NCBI GenBank assembly: GCA_046046695.1
Contig: JBJOJJ010000001.1
Location: 65,802-129,801, forward strand
Direction of reading: 5' to 3'
Length of the DNA stretch: 64,000 nucleotides
Source: Actinomycetota bacterium
GTDB taxonomy: Bacteria > Actinomycetota > Actinomycetes > Actinomycetales > Microbacteriaceae
Shown here: positions 1 through 10,215 of the stretch, piece after piece
Position numbering within the stretch: position 1 is the stretch's first letter
Layout: each line of letters opens with the position of its first letter
Program-made: the position numbers and the translations under genes
Notes under the pieces: generated by a model
The model's input: the letters and a program-made list of their open reading frames with translations, nothing else
Database searches by the model: none
What the model was told of the DNA's origin: nothing

Positions 1-853
1 CTTTGATGTTTATCGAGGTGAGTCCTTTGGGCTCCTCGGCCCGAATGGTGCGGGCAAGTCCACCACGATGAAGATGATCACCTCGGTATCACAGCGCACC
101 TCCGGTGAGCTGACTATTTTGGGCAAGGAACCAAACGACCAGGGTCCTGAGATTCGAGCCCACCTAGGTGTTGTGCCGCAGAAGGACATGCTTGATCGTG
201 AGCTAAAGGTTTGGGAAAACCTTGTAACTTACGGTCGCTACTTCGGCCTGCCTCGCAAGTGGCTAAAGACCAAGGTCGAAGAACTTTTGGAGTTCGCTCA
301 GCTGACCGACAAGCGCAACGAAAAGGCAGACGATCTATCCGGTGGTATGCAGCGTCGCTTGGCGATCGCCCGTGGCCTCGTGAACGAGCCTGAGATTTTG
401 CTGCTGGATGAGCCAACCACTGGCCTGGACCCGCAAGCACGTCACATTCTTTGGGATCGACTGTTCCGCCTAAAGGAACAGGGCGTCACTTTGGTGCTCA
501 CCACCCACTACATGGACGAGGCTGAGCAGCTATGCGATCGCATCATCGTGATGGACAAGGGCAAGATCATGGCGGAGGGTTCTCCTGCCGAGTTGATTCG
601 TGACTACTCCTCAAAGGAAGTCGTTGAGCTTCGTTTTGGAACCGACAAGAACGAGACGGTGGCAAAGCAGCTCGAGGGCAAGGGCGATCGCCTGGAACTG
701 TTGCCAGATCGCATCTTGATTTACACCGAGAAGGGTGAAGCTCTGCTGACCTCTATTCTCGAATCAGGCCTACACCCTGTGACCTCGCTGGTTCGCAGGT
801 CCTCGCTGGAAGACGTCTTCTTGCGCCTGACCGGTAGGACGTTGGTCGACTAA
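1..853 (+). CDS. ABC-2 type exporter ATP-binding subunit (NodI/DrrA-like), 5'-truncated by the window
   Basis: Frame is open from position 2 and contains Walker A GPNGAGKST upstream of the listed Met 68; signature LSGGMQRR, Walker B ILLLDEPT, H-loop TTHY. Confidence 0.93.
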   Translation, partial: FDVYRGESFGLLGPNGAGKSTTMKMITSVSQRTSGELTILGKEPNDQGPEIRAHLGVVPQKDMLDRELKVWENLVTYGRYFGLPRKWLKTKVEELLEFAQLTDKRNEKADDLSGGMQRRLAIARGLVNEPEILLLDEPTTGLDPQARHILWDRLFRLKEQGVTLVLTTHYMDEAEQLCDRIIVMDKGKIMAEGSPAELIRDYSSKEVVELRFGTDKNETVAKQLEGKGDRLELLPDRILIYTEKGEALLTSILESGLHPVTSLVRRSSLEDVFLRLTGRTLVD

Positions 854-1683
854 TGTCGCTTGAATTCAAGCCCGGCAGGGCGGTCGACCCCAAACGCGCA
901 GTGCGCTTTGGTGCTTGGCGAGTAGCCGAGTATCGCTTCTACTCGATGAGCAAGTGGATGGGTTCGGTTATTGCCTTTGGTTTGGGCAATCCAATCCTTT
1001 ACTTGATCTCAGTGGGTCTTGGCATCGGGGCGTTGGTGGATGCCAACACCGGTGGCGGTGGAATCCTAGGTGTCCCGTACATCCAGTTCGTGGCTCCCGC
1101 GCTTTTGGCATCGGCAGCCATTCAGGGCGTGATGGACGAGGTTACGTTCCCAACCATGGATGGTTTTGTTTGGGACAAACTGTTCTTTGCGATCAATGCC
1201 ACCAGCGTTTCGGCGAGACAGATTGCCGACGGCGTGATGATTGTTGCGCTGGGTCGAGGACTGTTCACCACCCTGATGTACCTAGGTGTGCTGTTGGCAT
1301 TTGGTGCGGTGCCAGTCTCCAGCGTTATCCCACTGCTTTTGTCTTCGATGTTGGCAGCCTGGGGCTGGGCTTCGGTGATGCTGGCGATTACTGCCAGGTT
1401 GGAGCGCGATGAGGGCTATTTCGCGCTCATCGGTCGCTTTGTTATCGCACCGATGTTCTTGTTCTCCGGAACCTTCTATCCGCTGGAGCAAATGCCGATT
1501 TACCTGCAGCCATTGGGCTGGATATCGCCGCTTTGGCATTCGGTTCAGCTCGGAAGGCACCTTTCCTACGGCATGGAACTAGCTGACGGCATGTTCTTTG
1601 TTCACCTGGCATACCTCGCCATCATGGGCGTCGTAGCCATGCGCTTTGTGTATCCAAAGTTCAAAGAGAGGCTTTCTCGATGA
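853..1683 (+). CDS. ABC-2 type permease (NodJ-like) 1
   Basis: About 6 TM segments; FVAPALLA and PMFLFSGTFYP motifs; translationally coupled to the ATPase. Confidence 0.9.
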   Translation: MSLEFKPGRAVDPKRAVRFGAWRVAEYRFYSMSKWMGSVIAFGLGNPILYLISVGLGIGALVDANTGGGGILGVPYIQFVAPALLASAAIQGVMDEVTFPTMDGFVWDKLFFAINATSVSARQIADGVMIVALGRGLFTTLMYLGVLLAFGAVPVSSVIPLLLSSMLAAWGWASVMLAITARLERDEGYFALIGRFVIAPMFLFSGTFYPLEQMPIYLQPLGWISPLWHSVQLGRHLSYGMELADGMFFVHLAYLAIMGVVAMRFVYPKFKERLSR

Positions 1684-2522
1684 TCACTCAAGCTTTGATT
1701 ACTCAGGCGGTTGCCATCGCCGAGAAGCGCGCCAAGCGTCCCGGAGCATCGGTTTACTCCGGTCGCGCCATGGTCATGATTGAGCGCGCACTTTACGCAG
1801 CTAAGAGCTCGAACTGGTTGATTATCGTTTCTGGTTTTGTTGAGCCAGTGCTCTACTTGATGGCCTTTGGTTTTGGTATTGGCCAGCTGATCGGCGACGT
1901 GCAGGATGGCAACGGTAATCCGGTGAGCTACGCGGCATTTATCGCACCTGCGCTTTTGGCGACTAGTGCGATGAATGGCGCACTGTATGACGCCACCTGG
2001 AATGTCTTCTTCAAGATGCACTTCGGCAAGGTCTACCAGGTGATGCTCTCTAGCTCGCTCGGTCCGATGGATGTCGCACTTGGGGAAATCTCTTGGGCGC
2101 TGATTCGCGGTGCCACCTACTCGGTTGGCTTTATGGCGATTGTCGCACCGCTTGGACTGGTGACCAATGCTTGGGGCTTATTGGCAATTCCAGCGGCAAC
2201 TCTGATCGCCTTCGGCTTTGCGTCGGTTGGAATGGCAATCACTTCATATATGAAGAACTTCCAGCAGATGAACTGGGTGAATTTCTTCCTTTTGCCGATG
2301 TTCCTGTTCTCGGGAACCTTCTTCCCAGTGAGCGTCTATCCGGAGTGGATCCAGGTAATCGTGAAGGCGTTGCCACTTTGTCAGGGCGTTGACCTGGTGC
2401 GCTCACTAATGCTGGGCGTAATGGACATGGCTGTGCTTGGCCACATCGCTTACTTCGTAGTGATGATTGCCCTTGGACTCACCTTCACAACGGTGAGGCT
2501 AAAGGCCCTGTTTATGAGGTAA
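1680..2522 (+). CDS. ABC-2 type permease (NodJ-like) 2
   Basis: Paralogue of the previous gene (FIAPALLA, PMFLFSGTFFP); ATGA overlap. Confidence 0.9.
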   Translation: MITQALITQAVAIAEKRAKRPGASVYSGRAMVMIERALYAAKSSNWLIIVSGFVEPVLYLMAFGFGIGQLIGDVQDGNGNPVSYAAFIAPALLATSAMNGALYDATWNVFFKMHFGKVYQVMLSSSLGPMDVALGEISWALIRGATYSVGFMAIVAPLGLVTNAWGLLAIPAATLIAFGFASVGMAITSYMKNFQQMNWVNFFLLPMFLFSGTFFPVSVYPEWIQVIVKALPLCQGVDLVRSLMLGVMDMAVLGHIAYFVVMIALGLTFTTVRLKALFMR

Positions 2523-2900
2523 TTACCAGAAGACCGCTAGCACCACGTTCAAGATGGTGAGCAGACCGATTGCGCCAAATGCCTTGGCCGATACGGTCTG
2601 CTTCTTCTTAAAGTGAAGCACCAAAACCAAGATCAGCGTGATCACTAGAGATTTCACGCCAATTTTCATGTGGTTGAGCTCTTCGTCCCAAGCCATCACG
2701 GCCATCCACTCGCGAACACCGACCATCAAGACTCCGGTGATCAACATGGTCCAGGCGCCGTGAACCATTGCTGGAACGATGGTCGCTAGGTTCTTGCCCA
2801 TGGCTTTCATCTGGGTCAAAAAGCCACCCAAAAGCGACGCGAGCCCGAGGAAGTGAAGAACTAGTAGAGAGTGAAGAATGAATTCTGCGGTTGGCTGCAT
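2523..2900 (-). CDS. Hypothetical 4-TM membrane protein
   Basis: Hydrophobic 125-aa ORF with AAGGAG SD; three His residues in or near TM helices. Confidence 0.75.
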   Translation of the reverse strand: MQPTAEFILHSLLVLHFLGLASLLGGFLTQMKAMGKNLATIVPAMVHGAWTMLITGVLMVGVREWMAVMAWDEELNHMKIGVKSLVITLILVLVLHFKKKQTVSAKAFGAIGLLTILNVVLAVFW

Positions 2901-2924
2901 GATGCTCCTTTGAACAATCTCAGC

Positions 2925-3143
2925 CTATAGCTTTTGGTCCTCTGGGCTTGGTAGGGGCTTGCTTGCCTGAGTCTGTTCAGCGAGCTGTTCGGTGGCTTGT
3001 TTGCCCCCTGGATGAAAGGCTTCATCCATGGCAGCAAACGCGCCAGACATTGCCGAATGCCGCTTTCTGCCGGGCTTGCTCTTCCAAAGCGCTGGGGCGA
3101 CCAGTGCCGCTAGCACCACCAAAATCGCAAGTAGAACCTCCAA
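2925..3143 (-). CDS. Small hypothetical protein with N-terminal TM anchor
   Basis: TTG start with GGAGG upstream; hydrophobic N-terminus; fills the gap between co-oriented genes. Confidence 0.55.
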   Translation of the reverse strand: MEVLLAILVVLAALVAPALWKSKPGRKRHSAMSGAFAAMDEAFHPGGKQATEQLAEQTQASKPLPSPEDQKL

Positions 3144-3199
3144 GCGACATTGCCTCCCTCGAGCCTAGAAATCAAGCTGTCTCTGTCGAATCTAGCCCA

Positions 3200-3661
3200 T
3201 CAAAAAGTGAACGCCGCAACAACTTCGCCGTCCCACATTTCGCCGGTTTCTTCAAACCCGAGTTTTCTGTAGAAATCCGCAGAGTTTTGCTCGTCTGGAA
3301 CCCAGCAAAGAAGCACCCTTGTACAGCCCATCTCGCGATACCTGTTTAGAACCTCTTGCACGGCGAACGTTCCCACGCCCATTCCCTGGTGTGATTTGTC
3401 TACTAATAGTCGCCAGAGCCAGGGGTCTCTTTGCTGCTCCGTAGGCTCAGCACACATTATGAAACCAGCCGGTTGGGAGTTCCTGAGGATTCCGCGCATC
3501 CAGACAACGGGTGCTCCATTTGAATCTCGCGGCAGGAAAAGCGCATCGGCGTAGCTCTCAGCAACCGTTGAAACCAAATTGGCTTGGGATTCGTGAACCT
3601 CAAGCCTGAGGAAATCCCTCGCACGCTTGTCCAGTTCAATGAGTTCCAGATTGTCTAACAT
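3200..3661 (-). CDS. GNAT family N-acetyltransferase (spermidine/BltD-like)
   Basis: Acetyl-CoA motif HQGMGVG and FYRKLGF; ATG at 3661 preferred over TTG at 3685. Confidence 0.85.
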   Translation of the reverse strand: MLDNLELIELDKRARDFLRLEVHESQANLVSTVAESYADALFLPRDSNGAPVVWMRGILRNSQPAGFIMCAEPTEQQRDPWLWRLLVDKSHQGMGVGTFAVQEVLNRYREMGCTRVLLCWVPDEQNSADFYRKLGFEETGEMWDGEVVAAFTF

Positions 3662-3687
3662 CGTTCCACCCCAGGCGCTTGGCAAAT

Positions 3688-4146
3688 TTATATCAAATTG
3701 GCCATGGTCAAAGCAGCCTGCACGGCCTCTTTGCCCTTGTCTTCCTTGGAGCCTTCTAGACCAGCTCTGGCTAGCGCTTCGCTCTCGTGATTCACTGTAA
3801 GAAGGCCAAAACCGATCGGAACTCCGTAATCAAGCTGAACTCTGGTGAGACCATCGGTGGCGGAATTGCAGACAAAATCGAAGTGTGGTGTTTCACCCTG
3901 GATCACAACACCAAGCGCAATAACTGCGTCAGCTCCTTTTTCGACGGCCCACTTAGCAGCTAGCGGCAACTCAAAAGCACCTGGCACAGTTTGCTGGATT
4001 ACCTTTGTGGCACCCGATGCCTCAAGCTCGCGAAGAGCACCGGCGACTAGGCCGTCCATGATTTGGGTGTGCCAACTGGTCGAAATTACAAATATCTTTT
4101 TACCCGCTGCGCTGGCGCGCAGTTCGGGAGCGCCTGATCCACTCAC
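3688..4146 (-). CDS. ribH: 6,7-dimethyl-8-ribityllumazine synthase
   Basis: VPGAFELP, GVVIQGETPHFDFV, FGLLT motifs; last gene of the rib operon. Confidence 0.97.
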   Translation of the reverse strand: MSGSGAPELRASAAGKKIFVISTSWHTQIMDGLVAGALRELEASGATKVIQQTVPGAFELPLAAKWAVEKGADAVIALGVVIQGETPHFDFVCNSATDGLTRVQLDYGVPIGFGLLTVNHESEALARAGLEGSKEDKGKEAVQAALTMANLI

Positions 4147-4148
4147 GG

Positions 4149-5381
4149 TTACAGGTTAGCTGGTAATTGGTGTCCCATGCGCTCGCGCTTTACCTGAAGG
4201 TAGCCGGTGTTCTCTTTTGCCAGACCTACAACCAGTGGAACGGTCTCGTTCACTGGAATTCCAGCCTCAACCAAGAAGCTGCTCTTGGCTGGGTTGTTGG
4301 TCATGAGTCGAACACTCTTGATACCAAGGTCGTGCAAGATCGCAACTGCTGCGCCGTATTCACGAGCTTCAGAAGGCAGACCTAGAGCCAGGTTGGCATC
4401 GACTGTGTCGAGGCCTTTCTCCTGAAGTGCGTAAGCCTTTAGCTTGTTCAAAAGTCCGATTCCGCGACCTTCCTGGCCACGTAGGTAGATCACAACGCCA
4501 CCGTTTGGGTCAGCAGCAGCTGCGTCCATGGCGGCCTCGAGCTGTGGGCCACACTCGCACTTGAGAGAGCCGAATGCTTCACCTGTGATGCACTCGGAGT
4601 GCAGGCGGACGAGAACGTTCTCACCGGTTGGGTTACCGGAAATCAATGCCACGTGGTCTGCGGTGGTCTCTACGTCGTAGTAGCCGCGCAGTCTGAAGTC
4701 TCCGTGGGTGGTCGGAACGTTGGCCTCAGCCTCAAATCGAATGCGGTTGGCAGGCTGTGCCTGCTTCTCCTCGCGACGAGCTAGGTGGTCCTTCAGGTTT
4801 GCAATGGTGGTCATAGGAAGTTCAAACCGCTTAGCGGTGTCTAATAATTCCCCAAACCTCATCATTGTTCCGTCGTCGTTAACCATTTCGGCCATCAGGG
4901 CAACTGGTTGCAGTCCGGCGAGAAGCATCAAATCGACGGCAGCCTCGGTGTGACCGGGGCGTTCGAGCACTCCACCGGGCTTGGCGCGCAACGGAATAAC
5001 GTGTCCTGGGCGAATCAGAGAATCGGCAGTGGAGTTTGGGTCTGCCAGCACGCGACCGGTCAAGGCTCGCTCTGCGGCACTGATTCCGGTCGAGGTTCGA
5101 CTGGCAGCGTCAACGCTCACTGTGTAGGCGGTCTGGTGCGGGTCCTTGTTGTTCACCCACATCAGTGGAAGCTCTAACTGATTGGCACGCTCGCGGCTCA
5201 TCGGAGCGCAGATGTAACCCGAGGTGTAGCGGATCATCCACGCCAACCACTCCTGGGTCGCGAACTCGGCGGCGATGATGGCATCGCCTTCGTTTTCACG
5301 GTCCTCGGCGTCCGATACCAGAACAGGCTTGCCGGCCTTTAGCGCGGCAATTACCTCTTCGATGCTGGAAAGTTCACTCAT
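4149..5381 (-). CDS. ribBA: Bifunctional DHBP synthase / GTP cyclohydrolase II
   Basis: DRENEGD, GHTEA, RLHSECITGEAFGSLKCECG, QEGRGIGL, TNNP motifs. Confidence 0.97.
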   Translation of the reverse strand: MSELSSIEEVIAALKAGKPVLVSDAEDRENEGDAIIAAEFATQEWLAWMIRYTSGYICAPMSRERANQLELPLMWVNNKDPHQTAYTVSVDAASRTSTGISAAERALTGRVLADPNSTADSLIRPGHVIPLRAKPGGVLERPGHTEAAVDLMLLAGLQPVALMAEMVNDDGTMMRFGELLDTAKRFELPMTTIANLKDHLARREEKQAQPANRIRFEAEANVPTTHGDFRLRGYYDVETTADHVALISGNPTGENVLVRLHSECITGEAFGSLKCECGPQLEAAMDAAAADPNGGVVIYLRGQEGRGIGLLNKLKAYALQEKGLDTVDANLALGLPSEAREYGAAVAILHDLGIKSVRLMTNNPAKSSFLVEAGIPVNETVPLVVGLAKENTGYLQVKRERMGHQLPANL

Positions 5382-5968
5382 TTAAACTGCAATAGCCTTT
5401 CAATGTGCTTCGCAAGCACGTCTGCCTCGACATTGACCTTGTCACCGGGCTGCTTGTAGCCCAAGGTGGTCACTTCCAAAGTCTCTGGAATCAGCGAGAC
5501 CGCAATGTGGTCATCGCCCAGTTCGTTTACGGTTAGCGAGATGCCGTCGATGGTGATTGAACCCTTCATCACGACATACTTCATCAGGTCTGCCGGAATA
5601 CGGATTCGCACCCAGTCCCAGTTATCGCTCTTCTCGCGCGAGATTACCTCGCCAACTCCATCGACGTGACCTTGCACGATGTGACCGCCAAAGCGGGTCT
5701 CGTGCTGCATCGCTCGCTCAAGGTTGATTACGTCGCCAACCTTTACTTCGCTCAGGCTCGAGCGCTTGAGGGTCTCGAGCATCACATCTGCGGTGAAAGA
5801 GTTGCCATCGATATCGATTGCAGTCAGGCAGGTGCCAGAGCAGCTGATTGAGTCACCACGCTTTAGGTCGCTGAGCACCTTGCCGCAGGCGATGGTTAGT
5901 CGAATCGCATCTGGCTGTTGCTCAATTGCCGCAACCTTGCCGAGTTCTTCAATAATTCCGGTGAACAT
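5378..5968 (-). CDS. ribE: Riboflavin synthase (alpha chain)
   Basis: Diagnostic N-terminus MFTGIIEE; GHIVQGHVDG. Confidence 0.97.
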   Translation of the reverse strand: MFTGIIEELGKVAAIEQQPDAIRLTIACGKVLSDLKRGDSISCSGTCLTAIDIDGNSFTADVMLETLKRSSLSEVKVGDVINLERAMQHETRFGGHIVQGHVDGVGEVISREKSDNWDWVRIRIPADLMKYVVMKGSITIDGISLTVNELGDDHIAVSLIPETLEVTTLGYKQPGDKVNVEADVLAKHIERLLQFK

Positions 5969-6993
5969 TAGGCCCTCCTGGCTCTAAGGAAAAGATCGTT
6001 GCCCAATTGCTGGATCTCAAAAATCTCAAGGCGGTGGGCATCCGCAATGTTGTTTACGCCTATGTCAGTAAGCGAGGTTTTAGCCCCGCCAAGTAAAACT
6101 GGCGCCAGGTAGATCTGGTATTCATCAACCAGGTTCTCCTGCTCAAACTGGCTGGCAAGAGTGGGTCCGCCTTCAACCAGAAGATGCTTCACCCCGCGTG
6201 CCCAAAGATTCGCAAGTGCATCTCCTAGGTTTCTAGTTTGAATGTGAATCGTGGGGGCCTTGTCGTTGAAAATCTTCAAATCTCCGCCAAGTTCGCTTTC
6301 ACCAATCACGACTCGAATCGGCTGATGCTCAAAGTAGCTTCCGTCAGGTCTGCGGGCAGTTAGCTCGGGATTGTCGGCCAAAACCGTGCCGGTGCCAACC
6401 GCAATCGCATCAATCTGCGAGCGAGTCAAATGGGTGTGCTCGCGCGATAGTGGACCAGAGATCCACTGGCTGGTGCCATCATCTGCTGCGTTGCGACCAT
6501 CGAGGCTACTGGCCCACTTCAGGGTGACATAGGTGCGCTTATTGCGATTCGCAGTTAGCCAAACCCTGGATTGCTGGTCTGCCTCAGAAACCAGAACACC
6601 GGAGATCACCTCAATACCGGCATCGCGCAGCGTCTGAGAACCATTGCCAGAGACATCACCCGGATCTTGAGACGCGAATACCACCCGAGAAATCCCGGCA
6701 GCAATCAGTGCCTGCGAGCAAGGTCCGGTTCGGCCGGTGTGATTACAAGGCTCAAGGGTCACCACCGCGGTGAGATTCTTAGGCGGGTTATCGCCGTAGC
6801 CGGCAGCCAGGTTTGAAAGTGCCATGACCTCGGCGTGCGGCGTGCCGGCTCCCTGGTGCCAACCTTCGGCAATGATGTTCAAATCTTCATCGAGAATAAC
6901 CGCGCCCACCTGAGGGTTTACGCCGTGGGCTGGGCCGTTTAGGGCAAGCTCAAGCGACCTGCGCATCGCAGGTTCAAATGCTTGCTGGTTCAT
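5968..6993 (-). CDS. ribD: Riboflavin biosynthesis deaminase/reductase
   Basis: NPQVG, HAEV, TLEPCNHTGRTGPC zinc motif, VEGG; ATG 6993 with GAGGG SD (the ORF extension to 7050 runs into the riboswitch leader). Confidence 0.96.
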   Translation of the reverse strand: MNQQAFEPAMRRSLELALNGPAHGVNPQVGAVILDEDLNIIAEGWHQGAGTPHAEVMALSNLAAGYGDNPPKNLTAVVTLEPCNHTGRTGPCSQALIAAGISRVVFASQDPGDVSGNGSQTLRDAGIEVISGVLVSEADQQSRVWLTANRNKRTYVTLKWASSLDGRNAADDGTSQWISGPLSREHTHLTRSQIDAIAVGTGTVLADNPELTARRPDGSYFEHQPIRVVIGESELGGDLKIFNDKAPTIHIQTRNLGDALANLWARGVKHLLVEGGPTLASQFEQENLVDEYQIYLAPVLLGGAKTSLTDIGVNNIADAHRLEIFEIQQLGNDLFLRARRA

Positions 6994-7054
6994 TTCGCCC
7001 TCTCGGTAATCACAGACCGCGGGCGCGCGAGAAAAACGGGTGCAGAGCACCCAG

Positions 7055-7196
7055 GTTCTTCTCCCATCCGGACTTTAACCGTCGGTATCGGAATTTCACC
7101 GATTCAACCGCCTGAGGTCATCTAGCTGGCTGCCAAACTCCCAGTCGGGTCGCGGACTTTAACCGCCGGCTCAGATTTTCACTGACCCCGAAGAAC
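7055..7196 (-). promoter_or_regulatory. FMN (RFN) riboswitch
   Basis: Minus strand reads GTTCTTCGGGGTCAGTGAAAATCTGAGCCGGCGGTTAAAGTCCGCGAC...ATCGGTGAAATTCCGATACCGACGGTTAAAGTCCGGATGGGAGAAGAAC, the RFN consensus, directly upstream of ribD. Confidence 0.96.
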
Positions 7197-7243
7197 TGTG
7201 TTACTTAGAACAATAGCGGTTTCGCCGGCAAAATTCCCTGCCG

Positions 7244-9061
<1,818 letters not shown>

Positions 9062-9062
<1 letters not shown>

Positions 9063-9484
9063 TAGATGGTTATCCAAATCTCTTCGCCACGAATATCGAG
9101 TGAAATCTTTCCAAGCGCAGTCTTTGCCGGCCCATCAATCGGACTACCGGTCTCTGGATCGAATCTAGCTCCGTGACAACCGCAAGCAATTTCGTTATCC
9201 CGAACCCCGGTCACGATGCAGCCGGCGTGGGTGCAGGTTGCGCTGAAAGCCTTGTAGTTGCCGGCTGTGGTTTGGGTCACTAGCACGGTCAGGGTCTTAT
9301 CGACCGCGAACTTTGTGCCACCGCCGACAGGAACCTCTGATGTCAGTCCGAGAAGGACTTCGCCGGTAACAGCTTCGCTATCGGAGGTGATTGGAGTCGA
9401 CTCTTGCGCTTGCGAACATGCCCCGAGCGCCAAAGTGCCAGCGGCCGCCATCGAGCCAAGGGCGGCTCGACGACTTAGGCTCAC
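9062..9484 (-). CDS. Tat-exported Rieske [2Fe-2S] lipoprotein
   Basis: SRRAAL twin-Arg motif, LGAC lipobox, CTHAGC and CGCHG Rieske boxes. Confidence 0.88.
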
Positions 9485-10215
9485 GGCTTTCCGCGCAGGA
9501 TGGCCTGCTTGACCTCAGAGATTGCCTTGGTTACCTCAATGCCGCGAGGGCAAGCCTCGGTGCAGTTAAAGGTGGTGCGGCAGCGCCAAACACCCTCTTT
9601 GTCATTCAAGATGTCGATGCGAACCTGAGCCGCCTCGTCTCTGGAGTCAAAGATAAAGCGGTGAGCGTTCACGATTGCGGCAGGGCCAAAGTACTGACCA
9701 TCGGTCCAGAACACTGGGCAGCTGGTGGTGCAGGCGGCGCAGAGAATGCACTTGGTGGTGTCGTCGTAGCGAGCACGGTCCTCAGGGGACTGTAGGCGCT
9801 CCTTCTCAGGCTTGTCCGAGGCAATTAGGAATGGGTTGATGTCCTTGTATGCCTGGTAGAACGGGTTCATGTCGACAATCAGGTCCTTCTCAACTGGAAG
9901 ACCCTTGATTGGCTCGATGTAGATCGGCTGCGAGATGTCTAGATCCTTGATCAGGGTCTTACATGCCAAGCGGTTGCGACCATTGATGCGCATTGCGTCC
10001 GAGCCACACACACCGTGAGCACAGGAGCGACGGAAGGTTAGCGAACCATCCTGCTCCCACTTGATCTTGTGTAGTGCGTCTAGCACACGATCGGTGCCGA
10101 ACATCTCAACGTCGTAGTCAACCCACTTCGGCTCGCTGTCGGTTTCTGGGTCGAAGCGACGAATAAAAAGGGTTACCTGGAATGAGGCAACTTCTGCGAT
10201 CTGCTGCTGGGCCAT
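9481..10215 (-). CDS. sdhB: Succinate dehydrogenase iron-sulfur subunit
   Basis: SCAHGVCGSD, CILCAACTTSCP, CRTTFNCTEACP clusters. Confidence 0.97.
   Translation of the reverse strand: MAQQQIAEVASFQVTLFIRRFDPETDSEPKWVDYDVEMFGTDRVLDALHKIKWEQDGSLTFRRSCAHGVCGSDAMRINGRNRLACKTLIKDLDISQPIYIEPIKGLPVEKDLIVDMNPFYQAYKDINPFLIASDKPEKERLQSPEDRARYDDTTKCILCAACTTSCPVFWTDGQYFGPAAIVNAHRFIFDSRDEAAQVRIDILNDKEGVWRCRTTFNCTEACPRGIEVTKAISEVKQAILRGKP

Noticed and set aside
1-2522. True nodulation (nodIJ) or antibiotic-resistance locus
   Set aside because: Generic ABC-2 exporter with no nod or biosynthetic genes nearby; substrate cannot be inferred
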